From IMG/VR virus record IMGVR_UViG_3300046810_000338, positions 124,001 to 188,000 of that record: a stretch of 64,000 nucleotides of DNA; one strand, 5' to 3'. A model generated the notes under the pieces. It ran no database searches and was not told where the DNA came from. It saw nothing but the letters and a program-made list of their open reading frames with translations. Positions 46,296-56,900 of this stretch are shown piece after piece. Each line of letters begins with the position of its first letter. Within the stretch, counting starts at the first letter, position 1. A program made the position numbers and the translations under genes.

Positions 46296-46988
46296 ATGAG
46301 TACACAAAGAGGGAGTGACATCTCAATTTTGTTGGCCTCTCACGACAAACGTATCCGAGAAGCGTCTGGCTTATTGAGCAGGCTGTATCGGTTAACCTTG
46401 CTTGAGCTGTCGATAACCCCGTATAAGTGGAACCTGTTGCTGACCAACTACTTGGACAATCTGGCTCACACCCAGAGTCTGTCTCAGGACAAGATTACGA
46501 ACGAGCGCAACAACCTGCGTAAGGGACTGTCTGAGCCTGACATGACATTCGAGATGTTGGCCCGAGGATTAAAGGTCCTCAATCCAAAGGAGATTCATTT
46601 TGACGTGGAGTTAATGTTCCCCCAGAACGTGACACTCACAACGACGATCAACATGATCTCCCCACAGAACGGCGAACAGGGAAAGCTGACTGAGATGTAT
46701 AGCAACATCCTTGCCATGCTTGGCAAGGACGTGAACAACCTGGAACCGGAGATAGATGCCTACCTCTCCAATCCGTTGATTCGCGAAGATATAAAAGGAC
46801 GCAAGAAAGGAAACGACAAGGGCAACCTACGTCGTGAACTACCAGGCATGGCCATGACTTTTGACGTGTTCAAGAAAGGACTACGGATTCTTGCACCCGA
46901 TGAAGTAACCATGACCATCCGACTGCGGTGGAATCGCAGTCGTGTCACCAAACACAAGCTTATCATTGTTACCCCCAAGCAAGCATAA
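46296..46988 (+). CDS. Conserved protein with an internal tandem domain duplication
   Basis: Two similar halves: NERNNLRKGLSEPDMTFEMLARGLKVLNPKEIHFDVEL and NDKGNLRRELPGMAMTFDVFKKGLRILAPDEVTMTIRL. Confidence 0.65.
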   Translation: MSTQRGSDISILLASHDKRIREASGLLSRLYRLTLLELSITPYKWNLLLTNYLDNLAHTQSLSQDKITNERNNLRKGLSEPDMTFEMLARGLKVLNPKEIHFDVELMFPQNVTLTTTINMISPQNGEQGKLTEMYSNILAMLGKDVNNLEPEIDAYLSNPLIREDIKGRKKGNDKGNLRRELPGMAMTFDVFKKGLRILAPDEVTMTIRLRWNRSRVTKHKLIIVTPKQA

Positions 46989-47088
46989 GTCAGCCCTCTC
47001 TCCAGCCTTCGGGTTGGAGAGAGGGTCTGTTGCCCTCGGTTTATTTTTTGGCCAATCCTATAGTCCTTTTATCAGTGGAATCCTAATC

Positions 47089-48099
47089 ATGAGAACAAAC
47101 ATTGCCCCGACTACGATCTACACGGGTATCGATGAAAAGCTTAAGGTTAAAGACGCCGCTGATATCACGGGCGCAACCGGTAACACCTCGGTAATCGATG
47201 CACTGTCTGGCATGAAAGATGAGGTCGTAGATACCTTACGTAAAACACCTCAGCTGGCTTCCAGGTTGACCCAGTTGGTTCTGGATGTAAAGAATGGTCG
47301 GGCAACAGGCACCGATACCGCTTCTCGTATTGCCAGTGTCTTTAGCAACCGAGGCGGGGTGTTGGACGATCTGTCTAACAGAGCCAAAGGCGTCATGCAA
47401 GATTCGCTGGGTATGTCCCCAGCACTGGCTAACCAGGTATTCATTGCAGCCAAGGGCACTGTCCTGGCCGGTACTGCGTACTTGGGTTCTAGCCGAGACA
47501 TCAGCAGTGCCTCAGGCGTTGCCTCGACACTGCAACGCCTGCTCAATGACAAAGACGCTATCCAGTACGTGGATCTGTCTGCTCAAGCTTCTCTGCTGTC
47601 CGGTGTGATGAACGAGGCTATCAAGTCGGGCATCCCTCAAGGCATCGACATGCTGATGAAGCAGGCGGCCACAGACGCCCAGCGTAGTGCCATTGCCAGT
47701 CAGAACTTGTACGCTGTGGTGTTCAGCGGTAACTTGGATACCGTGGAAGCTATGGTCAAGTACGTAACCCCTGAGGCTATCAAAGCTCGCTATCCAACCT
47801 TTGCTCGTGACTTCCTGGCCCAGTACACCTTGCTGGCCACCGATAACCCACTCACCTACGCTCCAGCTAAAGCCAGAATCTTGGCGCTGTTTCGACTGAT
47901 TGATCCCGTTTGGGACATTACGATGCGTAACGGTGCGCCGGTCCCCTCCCTAGCTCCGTTCGTGTCGGCCTCATCGGATGCTGTGAAAGTATTTGCAACC
48001 TCCGATGAATACCGTAATGCAATGACCATTGCTCCTGGCTTCAAGTCAGTTGAGGCCAAGGCTTGGATTAAACAGCATTACTCGTTCTTCCCTGCTTAA
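47089..48099 (+). CDS. Putative virion structural protein
   Basis: Probable start ATG 47089; the track ORF extends through a terminator. About 336 aa, helical. Confidence 0.55.
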   Translation: MRTNIAPTTIYTGIDEKLKVKDAADITGATGNTSVIDALSGMKDEVVDTLRKTPQLASRLTQLVLDVKNGRATGTDTASRIASVFSNRGGVLDDLSNRAKGVMQDSLGMSPALANQVFIAAKGTVLAGTAYLGSSRDISSASGVASTLQRLLNDKDAIQYVDLSAQASLLSGVMNEAIKSGIPQGIDMLMKQAATDAQRSAIASQNLYAVVFSGNLDTVEAMVKYVTPEAIKARYPTFARDFLAQYTLLATDNPLTYAPAKARILALFRLIDPVWDITMRNGAPVPSLAPFVSASSDAVKVFATSDEYRNAMTIAPGFKSVEAKAWIKQHYSFFPA

Positions 48100-48113
48100 C
48101 AAAGGCAAAAGTC

Positions 48114-48692
48114 ATGGCTGACAAAGTGCTGATCGTCCCCATACGGCAGTTTAACTTGTATAGCGTTGCATACAACAAGGAGTTCACAGAAGCACTCGGT
48201 AAACCCTACTGGCTGACCAATGAAAACTACGTTTATTACTTGGGCGATAAGTTCAGTAATGAATGGGTGCTGGTACCCCGTGGGTTTGGTACGGATGGCG
48301 CAACTGTCCCTCCAGCCTTTCAGGGCATTCTACCGGTGTTTGGTAAACATGGAGCAGCCGTTATCTTGCATGACTGGTTGTGTGAGAACGGCTATGTGTG
48401 GCACATGGACAAGGCAACTGGGATTGTCCATAAACGGGTGCTGACCCGTAAGGAAATCGATTCTGTTTTCATCGAAGCCCTGACCGTGGTTGAAATGCCA
48501 GCCGATACTATCAAGCTGGTTAACTTGGGCTTTATCGCCTATCGCAGTTGGGCTAACCCATCTGTCCCTAACCCCAACATTGAAAAGAACAAATTGGAAA
48601 TGAACTGGGCTGCCAACAATGGGGTAGTCCCCTTTTCTGGTGAGCAGCTGTACGACGTTGTAGGTCACCCGCCTGCTTGGGTATTCGTGTAA
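48114..48692 (+). CDS. DUF1353-family protein
   Basis: VLVPRGFGTDGATVP...GAAVILHDWLC...TRKEIDSVFIEAL. Confidence 0.8.
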   Translation: MADKVLIVPIRQFNLYSVAYNKEFTEALGKPYWLTNENYVYYLGDKFSNEWVLVPRGFGTDGATVPPAFQGILPVFGKHGAAVILHDWLCENGYVWHMDKATGIVHKRVLTRKEIDSVFIEALTVVEMPADTIKLVNLGFIAYRSWANPSVPNPNIEKNKLEMNWAANNGVVPFSGEQLYDVVGHPPAWVFV

Positions 48693-48696
48693 GCGA

Positions 48697-48735
48697 CATA
48701 GCCTCCTGCTCCTGTGAGGGAGCAGGAGGCGTATG
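48697..48735. terminator. Bidirectional hairpin with CATA/TATG flanks
   Basis: GCCTCCTGCTCC(48701-48712)/GGAGCAGGAGGC(48719-48730). Confidence 0.75.
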
Positions 48736-48738
48736 CTG

Positions 48739-50865
48739 TTAGTTGTTGGCCACGGTACCACGACCAAAGATGGAGAGAATCCGACCAGGCAAACTCCCTG
48801 CTACGTTGTTGATAAAACTGGATTGACTGGACCAGGTGTCGAATGAGGTCATCATTCTGGTTTGAGCCAATCGAATCTTCTGCGTGGTGTAGATTTGTTC
48901 TTGCAGTGACAAGCCGCCCAGCACAGCCATCATCTCACTGAACTTGCTGGAGTCGTCATAGGTTGCCGGGTCGAGCAGAGTGGCTTTGGCTTGGGATGAG
49001 TTAGTAGCCTCACCTGTCACCAGGCCGCGCAAGCCATCGTCAATCTTGCCCACAGTTTGCGTCAGGCCGGACCAGAAACTAGCTTCTGTGCTGATTGGCA
49101 TGTGCACGATGCTGGACAGGTCAACGATTTCAAAGTTCAGCGTGACGCCCAGCGCTTCACCTTCAGAGTTACGGCCCAGGTTACCAACACCTACTGCGAT
49201 AGACAAGTTACGTACCATGCCCAGCTTGATGGTGCAGCGCCCACGAGAGTACGCTTCCAGAATGAAAGGCGAGGTGTAGGACATCTTACCGGTCGATTGA
49301 GGCATGACTGTAGCTAGTGCCATGGACACTGGAACCCAAATGTCCTTGAACCGACTGATAGGATCGCCCGACCAACCCCGCAGTTCGATCGTGTAGTTGG
49401 TAGCCGGCATGCTAGCAGCCGAACTCTGCCACACTTGCGGAATGTCAACAAAGGCGTTACCCATCAGCGCTGTCAGGTTAGACACACCGATGAAGTCCAG
49501 ACCGCCTGAGATGACGTTCTTGATCGAACCCACTACTGTGTCAACCAGCCCAATACCGGTTTGGAACTCAGCCGCATTGAAGCGGATAGAGCGTGCGTTG
49601 GATACAGTGCCGTTGAAACCAGAAGCAATCGAAGACTCGCCTACGGTGTTGTCAAACGAGAAGGTACTAGGACCGCTGTTATCCACACGGAAGGTTACCC
49701 ACTCGGCACCCTCGTTCATGCCCGCCTTTTGGTGTTCAACCATGGCGTCCAACATGCTCCATTTGGCCAAGGTACTGGCGTCGGCCGTCTTCTTGCCTGA
49801 GGAGTCAGTGCCACCTGTTTCGTTGTCCGCCTTAAACGACAGCACCGCCCGTTCAAGCTTATCACTGTCCAGGTTCTCAAACTGGTTACCCGTAGCGTTC
49901 AGATAACGACGGGTGTAGGTCATGACGTCACCGATCTTAGTATCGGTTAGCGCGCCAAACGCCGCGTTGTTTGCCCATTGCCTGAAGGAGTCAATGAACC
50001 CGCCCTTAGACGTGGCCTGAATGGCCAGGTCGTTAACCGCTTCCTGGAACTTGAGCGATAGTCGGTTATAGCGGTTGGCCACACCAAACAGATCGATGCC
50101 ACCGTCCTTACGGAAGATGTCTGGCAACATTGCGTTGTACTGCTTGATCTCGTCTGCACGAGCAGCAATCTCTTCCTTGGAATCATCGCGGCCACCCACA
50201 CGAGGAATAATCCCCATGTTGGTAGCCAAGGAGTTGGCAATGTTGTTCGCCGCCATCCAGTAGTTGTGCATCGTTGGTTCCAAGTAGTAATACCTGGAAA
50301 TACTTTTGCCCAACAGAAAAGCAACGGCCTTGCCGACAAACATAATAGGCGCAATGGTTGCCCCCACCACCGCCGTCAGCATCCGCCCCGCCTCATAGAA
50401 GACGCTAGGGCCCGCACCTGTACGAGCCACCACCGAAGCAGTAGGATCATAGAAGCTGAAGAAGAACGACAACAGCCCGTTCATCTTAGGCACACCCAGA
50501 CGCATGGTGATGTATTCACCTGTGTCGTCGTACATCGCCGAATAAGCGCGACCAAGGCCACGAGACGCTGCCACGCTGTTACGCACGTCTGTCTTGCGGT
50601 CTTCTTCACTGATCAACAACTGGTACACCGGGTTGTCAATCGAATAGCTCAGCGCAGTGTTGAGCCCAGGTACCGTCATATCGGCATACTGGGTAAACTG
50701 TGGAAACGGGTTGATGCAGCGAGCGCCACCCAATGTGGTGTCGCTGAATTTTACGCGTGCACCCGAATCCAATCGATTCTGTCGGTCTTGAATGGTACGG
50801 CCTGCCTTTGTAATCAAAAAGCTGGACCGTACCCAACTGTCGTTCCGTACCTGGGTGGTCGCCAT
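48739..50865 (-). CDS. Tail/baseplate hub-associated virion protein (phiKZ gp182-like)
   Basis: DTTLGG..CINPFPQFTQYAD, YYYLEPTMHNYW, FVDIPQVWQSS and PFILEAYSRGR; directly downstream of the tape-measure gene. Confidence 0.7.
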   Translation of the reverse strand: MATTQVRNDSWVRSSFLITKAGRTIQDRQNRLDSGARVKFSDTTLGGARCINPFPQFTQYADMTVPGLNTALSYSIDNPVYQLLISEEDRKTDVRNSVAASRGLGRAYSAMYDDTGEYITMRLGVPKMNGLLSFFFSFYDPTASVVARTGAGPSVFYEAGRMLTAVVGATIAPIMFVGKAVAFLLGKSISRYYYLEPTMHNYWMAANNIANSLATNMGIIPRVGGRDDSKEEIAARADEIKQYNAMLPDIFRKDGGIDLFGVANRYNRLSLKFQEAVNDLAIQATSKGGFIDSFRQWANNAAFGALTDTKIGDVMTYTRRYLNATGNQFENLDSDKLERAVLSFKADNETGGTDSSGKKTADASTLAKWSMLDAMVEHQKAGMNEGAEWVTFRVDNSGPSTFSFDNTVGESSIASGFNGTVSNARSIRFNAAEFQTGIGLVDTVVGSIKNVISGGLDFIGVSNLTALMGNAFVDIPQVWQSSAASMPATNYTIELRGWSGDPISRFKDIWVPVSMALATVMPQSTGKMSYTSPFILEAYSRGRCTIKLGMVRNLSIAVGVGNLGRNSEGEALGVTLNFEIVDLSSIVHMPISTEASFWSGLTQTVGKIDDGLRGLVTGEATNSSQAKATLLDPATYDDSSKFSEMMAVLGGLSLQEQIYTTQKIRLAQTRMMTSFDTWSSQSSFINNVAGSLPGRILSIFGRGTVANN

Positions 50866-50891
50866 GTAAATTCTCCAGAAAGAGGATTGAT

Positions 50892-50934
50892 CATAAAGTA
50901 AGCCCTGACTCCCACAGGTAGGGGAGTCAGGGCT
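50892..50934 (-). terminator. Hairpin followed by TTTATG on the minus strand
   Basis: AGCCCTGACTCCC(50901-50913)/GGGAGTCAGGGCT(50922-50934). Confidence 0.65.
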
Positions 50935-50941
50935 CTAAGGT

Positions 50942-53900
50942 TTACGTAGGGATTCTCAGACTCATGGGACCCGCAGCACGAGGACCTTGATTAGACAAAC
51001 TCTGGCTCAACCCAGCGATGGCTTTAATAACACCTTCAAAGCCATCAGTTTGAACCTTCAATTGCTTCTCAGATACCTCTACCAACTTATCAACCCCACC
51101 ACCGCTCATGTTAGCCGCAGAGGTGGTTTGTGCCGAAGCACTGGCTGCCCGCTGACGATCAATGGCCTCGGCAGTAGGGATGGGCAATGCTGTTTGGGTA
51201 GGTTGAGCAGTAGGCACCGGACTGTTCTGCACAGGATCGGACACTGGCAACATCCCACTAGGGGGCGATGCAATGTCAGAACCCATAGCGTTACCAGCAC
51301 GAGCTGTAGCCGCAGCAGAGGCGACTGGTTGCTCTGTAGCTGGCCCAGTCTCAGGGCCGGACGGTTTGACCTCTGGAGTGGCACTGGAGGCCGCTGTAAC
51401 ACCCATGTCTGGAGCTGGAGCCCCAGTTGCACCCGCAGCAGCAGCGCTGGCAGCGGTATCAGACATCGTTTGTGGAGTGGTTTTAGGAGCATCCATAGAT
51501 GGATTAACCGAAGCGCCACCGGCATTGAAGATGCTATCGTCCACCGTCTCGCCTTTCGACTTGAGGTAGGCGTTCATCATCGGACCGTAGAGGTTGCGGT
51601 TCTTGATTTGCTTGTTGCCTTGAATCGTCAAGATCTCCCTGGCCGTCCGAGGACGATCCAGCTTACCATCCACATAGAAGATCGACTTGTTATTGGCAGC
51701 AGCCTTGGAGTCCAAGTCTTTGCCCAAGCGATCTGGGTTCTTCACCATCTGAGCGTAACCGCCTGCGCCCAAGAAGTGAGCCCCGTACAAATCGACGTCT
51801 GTGAAGTTATCACGACCCAGCGACTTTTTAAGTTGCTCGGAGTTCTGCTTCATGTACATCACCGTCATCAGAGCGTTAGCCCTTGGATCGGTGGCTGGAG
51901 TGTTGGCTGGAATGCCAAACATTGGCCCGTAGGTCTTGAGCATCGTCTTCCATGTACTGCCGATGAACTGACCCAGACCCGTAGCCGAACCCACGGTGTT
52001 CTTGACACTGGAGTTGAATCCAGACTCAGTCGCCACCAACCCTGCCAGAATGCCTGGGTTGATCCCAGTCATCTTGGCCACAGCTGCCAGCAGTTCCTTG
52101 TGCTCGTTAAAGCCTTTAGGTCCTGTTGGCATTGGCAGTTCGGTATAGTTTCCGTACTTACCGCCTTCCCCGCCCTGTGCAAAGGTTGTTGCGACCCCGC
52201 CACCCTGTTGAGGTGTGTACTGATCACCGCCCCCGTTGTATCGGTCTGCCTTGTCGTAGTTGGTCGTTGCATTACTGCGACCACCCGCTACGCTAGGCGT
52301 TGTCCCACCATTGATTCCTTCATTGGGGGACTTGGCACCGAACAACTTGGCAAAGAACCCAGGTTGGTCATCGGCTACAGGCTTGGGCTTGTCATCCCCA
52401 CCGAACCAACCACTGACCGTATCACCAATGCTTGCAAAGAAGCCTTTGGTTTTAGACAGCAGGGAACTTTTGGTCTTACCGTTCTCACCCGACTCTTCGT
52501 CCAGCTGATCCTTCTCGCTGGCTTTGATGATCGCTTTCATGTTCTCAGCGACAGTCGAGGCATCCGTGTTTGGCTTCTGGCCCAGGGTAGGGCTCAGTGG
52601 AATCGACCAAATGGATACAAAGCTGTCTTTGTACACAGCACCGGAACCAATCATGGCTTCGGCCACTTTGTACATCTGAGCAGACTTAAGCTTCTCATGT
52701 GCACGGCTAGGCGTTGCAGTACCCGACACTGCTTTCACAGCGCCAGCAAAGGTTGTCCACGCAGGCAGGAACCGAAGGTCCAGCCATTGTTTGAAGTTGT
52801 TGTAGCTGGCCGACCCAATCTCACCCACACCGAAACGTGGACCACACTGAGCAATCAACTCTTCCAACTTACCTTCATAAGTACCCGCCCCATTGCTATC
52901 CACCTTGGTCTTCTGGTTAGCCACCCATTCCAAATAGATCAATCCATTGACCAGTTCGGTGTTGAGTGTTGTCAGACCGTAGACCCGCATTCGCACAGTA
53001 CGAAACGCATCCAACACTGTCGTCGGATAAAGGTCTTCAGGGAATTGCACAGGGACACCGTCTTTGCTCGTGAACGTCGAGTAAGCACCCGCGATCACAG
53101 CCAGAGCCGCCATACCAGCCGCCCCCGGAGCACCTGCCATCAAAGGAGCCTTGATGCTTACGCCACCAGCTCTTGCAGGCGCCCCTGAGGCCGATGCGCC
53201 TTCAGCCCCGACCAATGCCGCAACTCCGGCAGCAGTAGCCGCAGCAGCTACTGTAGGAGCTGTGGGGGCCACACCCGGTAGAGGAAGCTGGGTGCGTTCC
53301 AATGGTTTGGCACCATCCTTCTTAAAGACGGCTTCTGCTTCGGCTGCAATGTCATCGATCTTCTTCTCGTCGGTCAGAGGCGACATCCCTGGGGTTGCCG
53401 TAACTCCAATCGACCAAGCGTCACGACCCGCGCCACGCACTGCATTGAGCAGGGCGAGTTTGGTATCGGCTTTGAGGTCGTCATCGAGCTTGTTCAAAGC
53501 CTCTTTGATTTCCAACTTAGCCATGGCCTGCAACCAGGTGCTGAACACAGGACGGAACCTGCGCTCGTACCAGATGGAGAAGTTACGCATTGGGAGCGAA
53601 CCAGGCTTCTCTGGATCAAGGTCAAGTTCTTTGATAGCTTCCAGAGCATCATCGCCTCCGGAGGTTACATTGACCTTGCCATCGGTAACGGTAACGTGTT
53701 TGAGCAACTTCTCCTCAAACGCCAACATCTTCTTGGCATAGTCATCGTCATCACCCGAGAACCCGTATTGCGCCAACCGAAGTTTCTGCAATGGGCGTGA
53801 CTTGCTGGAGTCGTACCACTTGTAAGCCATCCAACCCAGCGAAGCCACACCGATCACAGTGCCTGCGATCGCTGCCACGGGAGCAGAGATAATGCCAGCC

Positions 53901-56900
53901 GCTACTGCACCAGCACCCAGAGCACCCCGTAGAGCCCAACTGCCCGCAGTACGAACACCTGCGCCTATCGCTGTGCGGACAGCACCGCTACCCAACAGAC
54001 TACCCAGCTTACCAACCCCTGGTATCTTGTTGAGCATCCGACCCCCCCAACGCATCCCGCGCCCGCCCCAGTTGCGCAGCTTGCCCAACACTCCCTTACC
54101 ATGACTTGCAAGGTCAGCAGCGTTAGCAGCGTCTTGCAAGGACATGCCATCGTCATCCCCTTTCTTCTTGCCGAACAAACCTTTCAGTTTGTCACCCAGG
54201 CCACCGAGCAGGGCAGCAATGCCGCCCTTACCCAATGCTTCTTTCCCAGTAGCTTTACCACCTGCGGCTGCGATCTTGTCCTTGACAGCCTGAGCGCGTT
54301 TACGCTCTTGGTCCTGCCACGAACCATCGACCACGCCATCCCCATCAGCATCGCCCACCTTGCGCTTTGCCTTTTTAGGCTTGCTCAGGTTGGAAACCTG
54401 CTCCAGGATACTCATTTGCACTTGCAGCTGTGCTTTGAGAATGTCGCTGGAATACCCGTCGTCGGAGAACATGTTGGAGATCTTGGAACCGGCCTTGGAC
54501 AACAGACCTACGCCCCACTTACCAAACTTGCGCAACCCATTACCGACAGACTTGCCGATCTTCTTGATACCGTCGAGTGCCCGAGTACCTGTGTTCTTGA
54601 GCCGGGTAATGCCACGCCCAACCCGAGTCATCGCCATTGCCCAACCGGCTTTGATATCTTCACCGTATTGGTCAACCATGCCCTTGCGCATGTCCTTGAG
54701 CGACATCACCAAGTTGCCGTTAGCATCAACAATGTCGCCTTTGATGTCAGACAGCTTCTTGATCACGTTGCCGGTAGCTTTGTCAAAGTACCCACCGTTC
54801 TCCAAAACGGTTTTAAGCAGTCGAGGCAGCTTCTCGCCTTTGAGGTAAACGTCGTGCAGTCCGTTGAGCTTATTCCATGCCCAGTCCTTAACCGCAGTGA
54901 GTTTACCCAGCGCGAAGTTCTTGACACCTGCCCAACGTCCCAGAGCAGAATCGATCAGACTGTTCGCCCCATCCTTGAGGTTCTTCCAGCCAGCCAGAAT
55001 AACGCGCTTACCCAGACGGTCAGTCAGACCCGTCTTGAGATCTTCCAGGCTCAGAACAATGTTGCCAGCCTCATCGACCACAGCACCCTTGATATCAGAG
55101 AGCTTCTTGATGATCTTGCCAGTGGCTTGGTCACGGTAAAGTCCAAGTTGCAACTTACGCGCTTCCAGAGCAGGGTGCTCCCAGCCTTTGACGTAGATAT
55201 CAACCACACTGCCCCGGAAGTTATCCAGTGCAGTACCTGCCTTGCCCAACATGTCGGTAGCACCGCCCACGAGGCTCTTGGCGCGATCCTTGATGTTCTT
55301 GAGATGCTTGTTAGCAAACCCACGGGCACCACGGAACGCGTCCCCAATGCGCTTACCGCCACGCTTAGCACGGTCTTTCCACAGACCGGCCTCTGTGCCT
55401 AACTGTTTACCGCCCACAATGAACAGGTCATCGGTGACTTTAACATTGGCAAACTGACGACCATCCTGGAGAATGTCCATGATCTCTTCCAGAACCAAAG
55501 TTTGGTAGCCTTGGTTGTAGGAATCGTTCAGGGTTTCCAGTGTAGCGATGATCTTGTCCATTTTGTCCAGCGTTGGCTGGGCATCATGGGCTTCAGCTTT
55601 GGGCATAGCGGCTGCAAAGGTGCGTCCCATCAGTTCGTAGTCAAACACGAACGGAGCAGCGGCAGCAGGGGCAGGTTGTGGTGGAGCAGCTTTACCTGGA
55701 TCGTTAGCCGCTTTGGCACCTGACAAAATGTCTTGCAACATTTTGCGCAGTTGATCGTCTTCCTTTTTACGGCGACGAGGAGAACGACTGCCCGGCCCAC
55801 CTGGACCACCATTTCCTCCATTGCCCCCATTCCCGCCGTTGCCTCCATTACCACCGGAACCGCCTGGGCCCCCTGGACCACCAGGGCCGGCTGGAGCAGG
55901 ACGAGGTTTGGACTTAGGAGAGAAGAGGCTGTCTTGGTCGAACAGTTTACCGTCATCTTCGCCGAGGCGCATGTCGGTGACTTTATCGAAGTTGATCGAT
56001 ACAGACCCATTCTTGTTAACCAAGATCCCTGCGTTGAGCAACTCCTCTTTATAGCCCGCTTGAATAAGCGCCTTGATAGGGCCAGACGGGTCAGAGAAGT
56101 TGTGACGCATTGATTGCAGCATGGTGCCTACATCGGCTTCATGACTGTTAACCGCCTCACGGTCTTCCTGGGCAATGTCGCCGTTGATGTCCACCTTGTG
56201 CCGTTGTTGCAACAGCTTACGGATAGCAGCTTTGTCAGCTGGGTGAGCATTGCCATGCAATGCACCACCATTGGCGATGTCTTTAACCTTGAAGGCTTTG
56301 TTGGTCATGTTCAACTGAACCAGATGACGCCCCAACGCTTTACGTTGGTTCTGAGTCAGCTTCTTCTCAGGATCGATTGTATCAATGATACCGTCAAGCC
56401 CTTTGACGTTGTGAGCAGACTGTCCGTCACGTACCAATGAGTTCTTAACCCGACCGATCATGGTGCGTGCATCGGTAAAGGTACCCGAGGCCATGTCGTA
56501 GCGGATCATTGGTACAGAGTCATCGCCTGTGCGTGCTTTAACCGCTTCGTGGTGAATACGGCTCAGCAATCCAGGAATGATGTCGATCAAAGAACGGTTG
56601 GACAGTTTGTTGAAGTTATCAGGCATGTGACCTTTGGAGAGGTCCTCATTCTTGATAGAACTGTCCAGGTTGGTCGAGTGCAGCAGGGACCGACCGAAGT
56701 CAAGCAGCGTACCTTTAATGCCGTCGTGGGTATTACGCTTGCCGGCCTGTTCGTCCAACCAGCGAGCACCGTTGGTCAAGGCATTGCGGGTCAGACCCTG
56801 TTTGCCGTTGAACCGAACGTTCTGCCCCAACCGTGCCCGAGCCTTACCACCAAACTTGTTGATGCCCCAATCACCTGCCGCACCCATGGCCAGTTCAATG

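Noticed and set aside
50987-55402. 733-aa and 433-aa plus-strand ORFs opposite the tape-measure gene
   Set aside because: These are antisense shadows of a well-supported gene. The same applies to the minus-strand ORFs over the RNAP genes at 58-63.8 kb.
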